Of a stretch of DNA of 64,000 nt, positions 48,155 through 60,853 are shown in pieces. How positions within the stretch are numbered: the first letter of the stretch is position 1; each line of letters starts with the position of its first letter. A model generated the notes under the pieces. That model made no database searches. It was not told where the DNA came from and saw only the letters and a program-made list of their open reading frames with translations. Position numbers and translations under genes: made by a program. The DNA comes from Tubulanus polymorphus (taxonomy: Eukaryota > Animalia > Nemertea), in contig NC_134025.1 of NCBI RefSeq assembly GCF_964204645.1, positions 27,880,299 through 27,944,298 on the forward strand, written 5' to 3'.

Positions 48155-49089
48155 ATGTCTGGTATTGGAACTTCTAAAATTACGCTGCCATTACAGAAAC
48201 CTACGCCTGTAAAAACATTATTCGACTATGAGGTTACGACACTCGATGGAGACAGCGTTTCGTTATCAAGATACCGCAATAAAGTAATTCTTGTTGTAAA
48301 TATAGCCGTCGGGGACAGGTCAGCAGCGAGGGAAATGAAACAAATGAACGAGATGATCCTTAGATTTGCAGATAAACTTGTTATTTTAGCTTTTCCATGC
48401 AATCAATTTGGACATCAGGTACATATTATATCTAGTATAACATCGAAATATTTTTATATCAAAGTTCGGTTAAAGGTGTTTTGATTATCCGATGAAAATG
48501 AATTGGTTTGTGATTGCAGAATAACTTTACAACAGAAGTTGAAATGCTGAACATTATGAAATATGTGCGACCAGGAAACGATTTCGAACCAAATTTCAAA
48601 ATATTCGAGTTAGTGGACGTCAATGGATCGAAATGCAACGCCGTTTTTAAATTTCTCCGCGAATCAATTCCTTTACCAAACGACGATCCGATGTCAATGA
48701 CAGATGCGCAGGTAATTCAATATACCTAGAGAAAATTGTGCACATGTTTTTAAGTGGCAAGGTCAATTCCACTTTGAAATGATTATAAGCGCGTCTCTAT
48801 ACGTTTTATAAGTCAATTTTCATATGATAATGCTGATAAAACATGTTTAACTTAAACCTCGTCTATTTCTCTGGAATTCCTCCTCAATTCTGAATTTCAG
48901 AATATAACATGGAACCCGGTGACGAGATCCGATATAGCTTGGAATTTTGAGAAGTTTTTGATCGATCCCGATGGCCGACCGCAAAAAAGATTCAGCAGCA
49001 AATTCCAAACATCGGCTCTGATTGAAGACATACGACAACTCGCCCAGAAAGTGGAACCTTCGAAGATTTGTCGGAATAAGATGTATTAG
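48155..49089 (+). CDS. Glutathione peroxidase 1/2-like protein lacking the catalytic Sec/Cys (Asp instead); 3 exons 48155-48418, 48520-48711, 48901-49089
   Basis: LAFPCNQFGHQ, KYVRPG..FEPNF, VNG and ITWNPVTRSDIAWNFEKFLIDPDG are GPx1/2 signatures. The active-site segment reads NIAVGDRSAARE versus NVASLUGTTVRD in GPx1. Confidence 0.88.
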
Positions 49090-50449
49090 ATTCAGATTCA
49101 CCGGCGGATATTTTTTCATAAAATCAATGATATACAACGGAATTACCTTTAAAAATATTTTCAATAAAATATTTATTGTCTTAACAGTCAATTTCAATAC
49201 AACATCAATACTCAATACATGAGCTCGGATTACATGGAAGACTATGAATAACTTTTATCCGACAAAACCCAACCCTAAAAAGATGAAATGCAAAAAGGAA
49301 AAAAAAACTATGAGATTCCAAAATATTTGATCATCAGTAAAATTACACTGCTATTTTAAACGATTCATCAGTAAATAAGGCTTTTTAAACTTAATAATTT
49401 TGCAGGGATACAGTAAAACCAAATTTTGCTAAAATGAACCTTTTTCATTGATTTTTTACATGGACAAGAATTATGTCTTAGCTTATCGCCTAAGTACTAG
49501 ACTATATAGTAATCTCCATCGGGTTAGATGGCTAGACAAGTGTATTGACAAAGTGTATTGATGAGGTTTATCTTGTAATGTAAAACCATTTTTACAAATT
49601 CTTGCGACCGTTGCTCAAATTTGGTGATAAATAAGTACACCTTGTATGTTCATCATTATTTTTAACCTTTTTCGTAAACTTTGTTAATAAAACAAAATGT
49701 AAAATATTACAATTTTTTCTATAAGCACATTGTTAATACAATCAGACAGTTATGATCCGTCGTAAACCATTTTGATGAAGAAATCTTTATGAAATCTGTC
49801 TGTAGACCTTTATAATATTTTCAAAATCATTCTAGAATAAATAATTATATTATACATCCCCAACACCAAATCTATTTTATAGCTCAATTGACCATAAATT
49901 AAACTTTGTATATGATACCCTTTTTGTGATTATATATAACAGGATATGTGTTTTACTTTTCCAATCAAATATTCGCTACAGTTCAGTTTTTACCCCCGGT
50001 GAATGTGTGGACAATTTCTACAGTGGAAACTCTCCACGTTGGCATTAAATTGATAACAATCAACGATGGCATCAATCGACTTTAGAAAGACTTTATGAGA
50101 TGAACAATAAATTGCCAGATGTGGAGGCACCATATGTTCAACTGAAAACCTATTGCAACCTATAATACATATCGCAAATTAATTACGCCGAGACAAGTAT
50201 GAATCATCAGAAACATTTCAGCGAAAAGATCATTTTCCAGAATAAAGTATACAGCAAAATATAACGTATAAGTACTCAGTGATAACCCTTCTCTTATTGG
50301 GAAGATTAAGTACCAGCACCTTTCAAAAGTTCATACGTAAAAAATTCACTTTGACTTTGACTGTTCACCGCAATATCTTAGGGAACAAAATATTTCAGTT
50401 TTGGCTTATCAGGTTTTGAATAATAAATTGATCAGAAAAGTAATTTTAT

Positions 50450-51893
50450 TCATACTTTCTGACTTGAATTTAAAGTAGGTTTGTTGACCTTTGTGAGCTG
50501 CTTCTTTTTATAATTAAAGTAAATGCGCAAAAACATGGCAAAAAATACTATAAGAACTCCGGATAAACCTATTATTGTTAAGGCGTGATGGTATATCAAA
50601 CACGACAACAAAATAGCAAAAGCTTGTCTTATTGTCATTATAATTACAAAGGTTACCGGACCAAATTGAGATATCGTGAAGAAAATGAACAGTTGTCCAG
50701 TTGCTGAACATATTGACAGGACTGTCACGTGTAGCGAAAATACGGGGTAGCGTCCCATGAAGGCGACTGAATCAAAAAATCCATGTTGCTCAAACAGGGA
50801 CACGCTTGTTAACAGGACAGAGAATAAATTCACACCGGCCATCATCTGAATGGATGACATTTTATACTGGTTGAATAGTTCACCTTGCCAGTTGGATGTA
50901 AAACTATCGAATAACATATAACCGATCAGCAATAGAAATCCGCTGAAAGTTGTAACGGTGTTCGTTCCTTTGTTCTCAGTACTGGTTAATAAGAACATGC
51001 TAACACCGGCTGAGATTAAGATTGCCGTTAGATATTCATGCCAGTCGTACGTTTTCTTCGACACGACTTTGCCCATCAACATTACAGGAATAATTTTCGA
51101 AGCCTTCGCTAGGACTTGCGTCGGGAAGCTGACGTATTTGAGGGCTTCGTACTGGAACCAGCTGCTCATGATGTTTGAGAACGAGCTGTACGAGTAACGA
51201 TATAACGGAGCTTTATGACGCGGTTGACGAGTCAATAGAATAACGACGCACGCGACGACGAACGCTAAAATACGATTCATGAATACGAGGAATTGCGAGT
51301 TTTTGAAGCGCACGCCGGGACTATTTGTCGTTCCGCCGTATTCACGAGCCATGATACGCTCTTGAAGTAGACCCCATGTTAAGTACGATCCTTGAAGTCC
51401 GAAGAAACAGAAGACGAGAAGTAGCGAATTCTGTAAAGTTGTTCGTTGTACGGATTGAGTAGTTGTATCAGGATTCACTTGACCTTCTTCGGCTAAAGTC
51501 GCCTCATCTTCTTCGTTACCGTATACGAACAAACGTACCGCATTAGCCATAAATCCATGACCTGAAATAATGAAACAAATTCAAGCTGTTTTCAAGACCT
51601 CCTCTAAAGTATTTCATTCAACATCAATTCAAGTTTCAGTCGAATTGTGAAACAGCGCTTAAATGTTACTCTCACCTGCACGTTCGTTATATCTGGTCTT
51701 TTTTAAATAGTACACAAGTAAAGCTACGGGACCAATTAGTGTCATGTAGCCTAGAACATTAACTAGTAGTCTCATCAACCAGAAATCCATCAATCCACTC
51801 GCCCATGATGAACCAAGCGGATCATTGGAATGACCACTGATGTATGTTGGTAAAGTGACCATCACGAATATAACAACTACCCCAAACACAACC
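50450..51893 (-). CDS. SLC35B2: SLC35B2/PAPST1 Golgi PAPS transporter (start codon/first exon not determined)
   Basis: GLQGSYLTWGLLQERIM, SQFLVFMNRILA, SNIMSSWFQYEALKYVSFPTQVLAKASKIIPVMLMGK, FDSFTSNWQGELF, GQLFIFFTISQFG. Two exons seen, ~51893-51676 and ~51561-50450. Confidence 0.93.
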
Positions 51894-54085
51894 CTGAAAT
51901 ACAAAAAACTAAATACATCATCGATGAAAATCTCCTATCATCTATTCAATACCCTGAACACATTTAGGTAACTTCCTTTATAATTGTCAGCTCTAGCTCC
52001 AATGGAAGGTTGCAAACCGTTATAAATAATGCAAATTAGCTTATATTGCATAGCTATGTTATATTCAGCACTTTTCAGTTTATTGCATCCAGAATAATAC
52101 AGAATCACAGGTGTACACTCTAACATGCTCGATAAGAATGATTATAGAAAAATACCAACCCTGAAGCTAAACTGGATAAAACCATACAGAAAATCTACAT
52201 ATACTTACAAAATAACAGCACTTAGCTCTAGACTGGGAGACTCTGATGCTATTACATCAGTACACATGCAAATTGAGCAGAAACTATTTCCCCAATGGTT
52301 TATTTAACTAGCAGTAATTTGTCAAAATAGTCGTTCCCTACGCAGTATTTCAGTAGTCATCATAACACAAATCAAGATCTTTTTTTATTACTTCTGTAAT
52401 TATGGCATAATAATGATAGATCAGATAAATACTGGCCTAAAGCATATTTATGTCAGTGGGGGCACTAACACCCCTCCCAATAATTTGACTTTAAATCAAA
52501 TCTGTGCCTTTTACTTTTCCTCGAAAATGGTATCAACTCCCTCATGATAGTTCTAGCAAATAAATGTTATCCAAGTTTAGAAAAGGTACTAAGATCAGAT
52601 GAAATATCACCTCCGGGCTCAGATCGATTGATTATCAAGTTTTGATTATCAAGACTATTGGAGACTGCACTACACTATTTATTGGGTGGATGAAAAAAGA
52701 AAATAATTGAATACAAATAAAGGAAATCAAATAAATCCAAATGAGTGAAATAAACGCACAGATTAAGAATATCCAAGTTAGGTTCCTCGGGTAGGTTGAT
52801 ATTTACAATGGAGTCTGAAACAGACTAAAAATATGACAGATTCAAGCTAATATAAACAAACAATATAGTAGAGAATGTATAACTAGCAATTATTTCAAAG
52901 GGTATTATGACAAAATAAAAAGTTAAGGAAACAAAAATTGAAAATGATCTTCTTATAAAAAGAAAGCAGGTAAAGGATGCTTGTTTTTGGGGATCTTCTT
53001 ACATATTATTTTCATCATGTGTATAGGATCTACTATGGAAGTATTGGTAGAAAAGGAGTCTAATTTGGTGCCTGTATAAACTGTAGAGAAAGATGTATAT
53101 TAATCAGGAATATCAAGTGAATCCTACTTCAAGGTAACCCTGGACACTGAAATATCTACCTACGGGAAAGTTCTAGAGGAATTACCTTCAGTATTTTTGG
53201 AATTTTATTTCTTCTATGGGACAACACAAAAACATTTTCATCATACCTGTTAAATTAATGAAGCTCAAATAAAATGTTTTATTGCGTTAAGAACAAGGCC
53301 ATCAAAAGCTGTGTAATGTAATAATGGTTTCCAATATGTGTTATACATATATTTTCTAGTAGTTTGTGTAGAGACAGCTGGTAGACTTAGATTGTATAAA
53401 AATCCCCGATGCACCAATTATAAATAACGACAGGGTTGAAAAACAGTGCTGCTACATTTACATCATAATTGTCATAAGTTACTAAACTTTCATCCAATTC
53501 AACCTTAACATACCCAACCGTAAGAAGAGATAATAAACAGCACCAAAGTCGAAAAAAATCAAAAACCTTCCTGCATTTTATAGGTCAATTCTGCTCATAG
53601 AAATTTAAACAGGTCAAAATCCAAGTATTACGCATGCATACTTAGAAATATTCATAAACACCTTTTCTACTTGAATCAATATGAAAAAATTAAGTTTGAA
53701 TAATCAAAGTATTGCTGATTTTGGATCACCCAATAATAGGTGCTTTGACATGTTGTGGTCTCAAATAAACCTTTGAAATTTCTAATTGTACAACTGCGTC
53801 AATTAATGACTGACCTGTGAAGAATCTTACTGTGTCTATTTTTGTTCATTACATTGTTACATTATTCGTATATCTAAATTTAGCATGTTATCTGGTCATT
53901 ATTTGCACACATCCCCAAAGAAAACATATTAATAAATAAAGATTTAGATTAAAAATAAAATCTAATAAAATTGAACTATCGTGCAGCGTCATTACAATTT
54001 TGGATGACAGTCAAAATTATAGGACCAGGTATTAGATAGAGTTCATATAATGGAATGATATGATTAAAATTAGCTAACCAGGAAG

Positions 54086-54275
54086 TAGTCCAGTACCTAG
54101 CCGTCGTTCTACAAACAATGGTTGTAGGGAACCGGTAACAACGACTGGTATTCAGATAGTTAGTTACCTAATCGTTGGTGGTAAGCTTTTTGTAATCGGA
54201 TGGGCTTATGCCAATATGTAGTTTGTGAAAATATCCGATCGTGAAACTAAACCACAGTCATTAGTATTCAGACTA
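54086..54275. mobile_element. 190-bp non-autonomous DNA transposon, TAGTC...GACTA termini, 9-bp TSD; related fragments elsewhere in window
   Basis: TSD ACCAGGAAG at 54077-85 and 54276-84. Internal parts recur at ~27589-27657 (same orientation), ~26460-26510 (inverted) and ~55972-56006. Confidence 0.75.
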
Positions 54276-55681
54276 ACCAGGAAGAATTGATCATTTCAAC
54301 AACAAGAAGACAGCAAACTGATGACAGAAGAGAAATATGATATTCCAATGAAAAATTCTTAAAATATACTAACCGCAGTACTTCTGGTGTACGTAATGAA
54401 CGCATCACTTCATGTACAAAACTGCAACATGGACAGGACAATAAATAGGCAAACCAATCATCGATTGATAAATGTCTTGGTAGTCGAGCTAAACAGCTAA
54501 ATGACCGCACGTCTTATGATTTCATCCAGCACTAATTTCAGAGCGATTCGTGTGTGTAATTGTCCATGAGAGTAATTAATGAATACAACATGTTCGTCTA
54601 AGGTAACACATTGCACTGTCAACCGTATTGTGACAGTAGGAAATCGAATGTTTGTTGACGTCTACGTTAACTGGAATCAATCAACCGTGCTCAACGTTAA
54701 TTCGTATCCAGTAAATCCTTCTTCGTCGACAATACAGGATGTTTGTCTAGGTAGATACCTACATTGCGTATTTGACAATTCAATTCAATTCGATACCAGA
54801 AAATTAAATTAAATTGAACTTGGGTGGGCCTGCCCTGGGCCGAATACTAGCCGCAGACTGTGGAGTTTGGTATGGTTTTAACTTGCTAACTCGAATGATA
54901 CTTGGCGGGTAAGTTTAGTTTATTGCAGCGTTATCCCGCATTGTTTATGCTTTTGACTCGTGGTGGTTGTGGTGGGGCAGAAGCGAAAGTAAAAGTAAGT
55001 ACAAACCAACACAAGTGCAAAAAAAGGCAAAAGTGAAGTGGTGTCACTTCCGGGTTCATGATAAAAGATATCAACTCAATCAACTTATTCAAATTCAAGT
55101 TGACCAAGTAGCTATTTTTGCGTCTCCAGTGCAGTCTATCTTATTCTTATCATGATTTTTTAGTTAGGTCTATATGTCACTGTCAGTTCTTGTTTGTTTA
55201 TCAAATTTTGATTATTTATTCACTTTGTCACATGTATGTATGAATCGAATGTCAGTCACAAACTTCACCAAGAATCTTAGTGTCTGATGTACCACAGTTA
55301 CACTAGGATCGTAGAGCGACGAAGATCACTGGTGGAGACAACCACTGCCAGTGCTGGGTGAATCACAAACACGGCCTTCGTCAACAGGGGTTTGAACCTG
55401 TGATGGCATCGGTATACTCCAGCCACGGCACGAAACCCTGCCACACTTGACCGGGTGCGCAGGTACATGCAGTACACTTGTTTATATGGAATAAATAATT
55501 GGGTTGCTTTCTGATTGTTTACCAAATTCACAATTGTGTATGAGCACTGTCTGCGGTGTGCGACTTCCAGGAGTTATTGAAAATAGGGCGGATAGAACTG
55601 TGCACTTGAAGCAGCATGTTGGCGAAGCGTGTTATTAGAGCACGAAGGCTCATTGCAAATGTTTTAACACTATATATCACT

Positions 55682-55876
55682 TAAACCTAACCATACCCAT
55701 AATCCTAGCCCTAAATGGAACCTTGACCCTCTTCTCACCCTAAAATTGATTACAAAATTATACCGCATGTTGGCAAAGTATCCACTTTCATGTAGGCCTA
55801 CCGGTGGCACTAAACCTAACCCTAATCCTCTGCTCATCCTAAAAGAAACGCCCCTTAACCCTAACCTAGGCTAACC
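55682..55876 (+). repeat. Degenerate interstitial (TAACCC)-like repeats
   Basis: aaacctaaccatacccataatcctagccctaa...aaacctaaccctaatcc...ttaaccctaacctagg. Confidence 0.6.
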
Positions 55877-57284
55877 TTTATAAGTATTCCTATAATAGGC
55901 GTGACTACTGTTTGAACACCCATGTGTACAATGTTCTCGGTTATACAGTTAAATGATCTTCCCATTCCTGACTGAAAATATCTGATCGTGAAAATAAACC
56001 ACCGTCTGTTTACTGCTACACCCTTAGTGCATTCAGTTAGATGGTGATATATATTGAAATGATACGATCAAATTAGAAAGGAAAGGATTCATTTATGGGG
56101 ATTGAACGGCTAGGGAAAGAAGTAAATTAGAATTCATTATTAGAGAAAGTAATTTATAAATGAGCTCCGAATAGATTGATGTTTTGAACATGACGTAGCT
56201 AATAGTGATATCTGCTATATTTTTTTTTCTATAGATATTTTATCAGTTTATAACCAAAAAGTGATAGACCTAGGATTTTTTAAAATTGATTTGTTATCTA
56301 TGGCGAGTAGTTATTCTTAGTTTTAATACCTATCGTTTACACATTTTTCTAAGTAGCGTGTCTAAGTGTGACCTAAAATGGAATCAAAAGATTACTTCTA
56401 GGATCTATTCAATATAGTTAGTGACGTCTGCGCTTACAATGTGTGTCATTACAAGACAAGTTTTTCGTATTAATGCGAGTACTGAGTAGTTTTTGTGCCG
56501 CTTCAGTAAATACCTACGCATTAATCGCATAGTTCAATTTAAACCTATGGCTCTATCGCTTGTGTATTAAGTAACTGATCGCAATTTTCTCGAATTTATT
56601 TATCAGTTATGTTATTTTGGAGAAAGGATTTTTATCAAAGCTGAAAGGCACTCATGATTTCTACGGTAGGACCACGATGAACAGTTCGATCGTCGACTTA
56701 ACTAAAATCTAGGCCTAGAAAAAATTCTTCAGCGCATTTAAGCATAGATTTTCTGATCAAGATTTTTGATAAAACCATTGGACTCAAATATGAGCTCATT
56801 TTGAATAGAGTTCATGATAAAATGAATCAATAATCAAAATTATATCCTTGGCCCAATATAGGGTTGCAAAATGATTTTGTAAAAAGGGGGAATATTCTAG
56901 GTATATATATTAGGACCTGTTAGATGTTATCGTAATCAGGATTTTTAGTACGCATAGTATACATATAGTAAATGTATGAATGGATAGTTGATTAGCTTTA
57001 TGTTTTAGTGATTGATGAAGTCAATATTGATGTAGAAGAAAACGTTAGCATTCTTCAATACATGATTTCCTGTTATTTTCAATACTTGACCTGGTGGAAT
57101 TTCCATAAATTCATTTAGCTTACTCATTCATTGTGTACATGTGGGTAGGGCATACTAACATTTTTAAGGTTATGGGCTAAATACTAAACATTGTGGGGTA
57201 CTCGCTTTTTATTATTGTTCATTAGAACTCACTTGTTTTCTAGCGATGAAAAACATGTGACTGGAGTAACTGATTGAATTCAAG

Positions 57285-59892
57285 ATGACTGACAAACGGT
57301 CACCAGGAAAATTAAACGCTGCATATTTAGCTGATGATCATGGTCAAAATCTTCAAGATCATGGTAAGTGAGAAAAACATTGCCTTTGATTAGGCTAAAA
57401 ATGATTGCTCGTTTCTCATTTCTGCTCTTAAAAGTTGACCTGGCCGGCAACTTATATATACCCTGTACACATTACTTTTTTAATCATGATCAAGCTAACA
57501 ATAACAGACTTGCCTGTTATAGAAATGAGCTGATTACAAATTTTATTGCAGTTTACAAAATTGACCTGCTGATTATGAAAAACAAACAAGGCATCATCTT
57601 TTTTAGCCTAAGAAAAAATTTCTAAATTTACCAAACTTAATTCATAGATTCATTGCTATCTTCGCTTTCAGGATTCAAACTGAATGATTCAGGCCCCGTA
57701 TATCAAAATGAAACTCGGCCTGCATTGCCGACGAAAAAGCAACGACCTCAAAACCTCAACATACCACCTCAGGTATCGGCTAAATCTCGACCACTGAGTT
57801 CTGCTCATAATTATGAAGAGTTGCCTTATGCTACCAATAATAAAGCGAGGTAAGATGTTGAAATATCCACAAGTAAATAACTATACAACGTTCTTTTCTT
57901 TGTAATGAACATTAGATTTACTGCCGCTTTCTCTTTATCTTCAGTCACTTCTATATATACCTGTCTATGTCTATTCACTGATTGTATTGTTATTTGTAGG
58001 TTAACAAGTATTTCAGAATCTACAGACAATATATATGTGTCAGTGCCCAGTCCTCCACCTGTATCAAGTCTTCCGTCCATTGCTTCTTCGCGTAATACAC
58101 TCAATAGTAATTATGATTCCCGTATCGGCTCGCAATTTGGAAGTGATGTCACTATATTCCGTGATGGGCCAAGGTACACTTTTTATACAGCCGTTATCCC
58201 TCGCTCATGATCATACCTTTTAAAGTCAAGAAGATTTTGTGTGTGTTGCATGATTAGTTTGTCTGTCGCTTTCTATAGCTTAAGTTATAGATCTGTTGTT
58301 TCACTTTCTGCACGTGTTTTTTATACAGATTTTACCAATACTTACACTATGAAACTATTAATCATTAACTATCTGTGATTTTTTTGCTCTTCAGGAAACG
58401 TGAGAATCCACTGTACGATGTGTCTCAGAAATCAGCCAGTGAATACATAGAACACGACCAGAAAGACTCTTCATCGTGTGCTAGTTGCATGCATGGACAG
58501 ATCAGAGTTATTTGTATATGTTTAGTGATTGTTTTTCTACTTATTTTGTTATTGTTATTACTGGTGATATTATTGTTCACTGGAACTGTGTCGACATCTT
58601 CAACACCAAAAGCCATTAATGAAAATGTGGGACCATGTAAGCATTGATTGATAATAAATCTGGTTCATGACAAAACTAATGTTATTTAAAGAATTGTATC
58701 CCTTGTAATGAACTTTCACAAATTCATAACTCTGACCAAAAATACATTTATTTTAGTTCTGACAGATAATGGAAACTACATATTGACATAGGACAATGTT
58801 TTATATTTATTATAGCGTTTGAGGCACAGCAAGCGTTGCAGACATTAAACCAGACTACGGAACAACTCCAAAGGGCTAATGAAACTATTGCTATCTTGCA
58901 AAACAAGGTATGATATTCATCGCAGAGGATACTTTATACTGAGAAGAAGGTATTAATGTTATATACATGTATCTGTTTTTGCAAGGTGGAATATTTGGAG
59001 TATAAGATGTTGCGATTAGATTTAGGCAGTAATTCGAGTATCCAAGAAGTAGTTGCCAACAATACAGCTATACTTCATGAAGTGGAGGCAAATTTAAAAG
59101 TCTATATGCAAAAGGCGGAAACTGCACTTCTACTGGTAATTATCGTTAAATTCATCCATAGCTTTGAAAAGTCGATTAATCGGGAGTTGGTAAAGTTTTG
59201 TTGCATTATTCAATTACAGGCAAATAAGTACAATAATAATCTACAGCAGAGGATATTTGAATTACTGAAACGAATGAATACATTCGAGGAAACTGTTAGG
59301 ACTATCAACTCCGAGATGAACGCCCTAAAAGTGACTACAGCCAAAACAACTGCAGATTTGACGTATCTTCAAACAGATTTGATGGTACGTTTAATTGAGG
59401 GAGGTTGTTTAGTCTTGTTTGTATATCTGTTAGTATCTCAGCATTTTCATGAAAACATTTCAACTTACTTCCTAGGGATTAACAAAATGTGAATATAACT
59501 CAACGGGACAAACTGCATATTCACAACCGAAAGAAATCATATCTGGATATTTTCCACCTTCTATAGATTTTTATCAGGTAATATAAAAGTTGCTTCTTAA
59601 AATGATGAATTAAGTGTGTGTTTTAGACATGGTTCAATGGGCCGAGGTAGAGACTGTACCTATGATATGATATACATATGATATGGTTTGTTTTTGATTA
59701 TTTTAGACTATGGTTGTAATGAGTGTACAATGTTCAGCTGATAATGGTGATACAGGTGGGCCGACAGCAGTACCATTCTTTGACAATAGTCCCCATCATC
59801 AGTGGCACTGTAAATGTACAGCAAAATCTTCTTCACTAGCGACTAGAATTGATTGTCGAATACATGCTATTTCATGCGCGATAGCTTTGTGA
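57285..59892 (+). CDS. Uncharacterised type II single-pass membrane protein (Tyr-motif cytoplasmic tail, TM, coiled coil, 6-Cys C-terminal domain); 9 exons
   Basis: Exons 57285-57363, 57672-57849, 58000-58173, 58395-58636, 58816-58907, 58986-59135, 59220-59384, 59476-59577, 59707-59892 join in phase with GT-AG sites. TM segment VICICLVIVFLLILLLLLLVILLF. Confidence 0.8.
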
Positions 59893-60853
59893 AGCAAGAC
59901 TTTAAATTACCTCACTATGAAGAACTACACTGGAGTGATATAAAACGAATGTGTATTCATTAGATGTGATATGATATTTGACTTTTCTCTGAAAATATAC
60001 ATATCATCAGTTCTACTTACGCGAGTAGAAACTATATTTCACCGGATAATGTTCGCTGATATAAAGGTATTATTGTCCTATGGAAATCATGTGCAAGAAA
60101 CATTCCATCCAATTATTCCAAGTTCTTTTGTACAGGTATGATAAGAAATTATTATTGTATACCACAAATATATTGTTTATTATCAGGTTTTGTAGATAAG
60201 AGTTTGTAATTTATTGTTTTGTATATTTTATCGATCATGTGTCCCATGTCTGCTCAATACTATTGTATGCAATCATAAATATATACATGTAATTCATACA
60301 TTTCTATCAATACCAGAATTTTAAAATATTTTATCATTTTCATGCGAAGTGTACTTAATAATTCTTAAGGTGATTATACTGTTTTTATAAATGAAGAAAG
60401 TTTTGTATCTATTTCAAAGTTAAATGCTGTATTGGTAATTCAATCAAAAAATTTTATCTTTCTTTAATCATCCACACTTTTAGCTCATCACAAATCAAAT
60501 ATGCAATGTAATAATGCCGTCCTGCATCTATTGTGTCGTCATTTTAAATTCTCCCATCATCCAAAATACCGTATATAGTGTTATGAGATTTTCTTTATAT
60601 AATTTTTCAATAAAATGATATATTCGTATACAGTAGTGAAAATTACTAAAGTTATTATCTGCAAATCTCTCTGGGAAAATGAAGTTATCTTGTTCTGGTA
60701 AAACTGTTAACAGTAGTTTAAGACTCTGAAAGATAAATGCAGAAAGACACATTTAACGAAATTTGTCATTTGATTTTATTCAAGCTAAAGATGAAAGTAT
60801 TTCAAAGTACAACATAATACACGCGCATGCTTTATTGTATTATTAACTAAAGA

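Noticed and set aside
49225-49290. ATGA...AAAA...TGA in the GPx-like 3'UTR as a vestigial SECIS
   Set aside because: Helix II pairing is only ~6 bp and the spacing is wrong; the gene has no in-frame UGA.
52503-52520. GCCTTTTAC matching the U5 snRNA loop I
   Set aside because: No closing stem and no Sm site at the expected position.
55682-55876. TAACCCTAAC as a telomerase RNA template
   Set aside because: Several degenerate copies spread over ~200 bp fit a repeat-derived tract; no pseudoknot or H/ACA domain identified.
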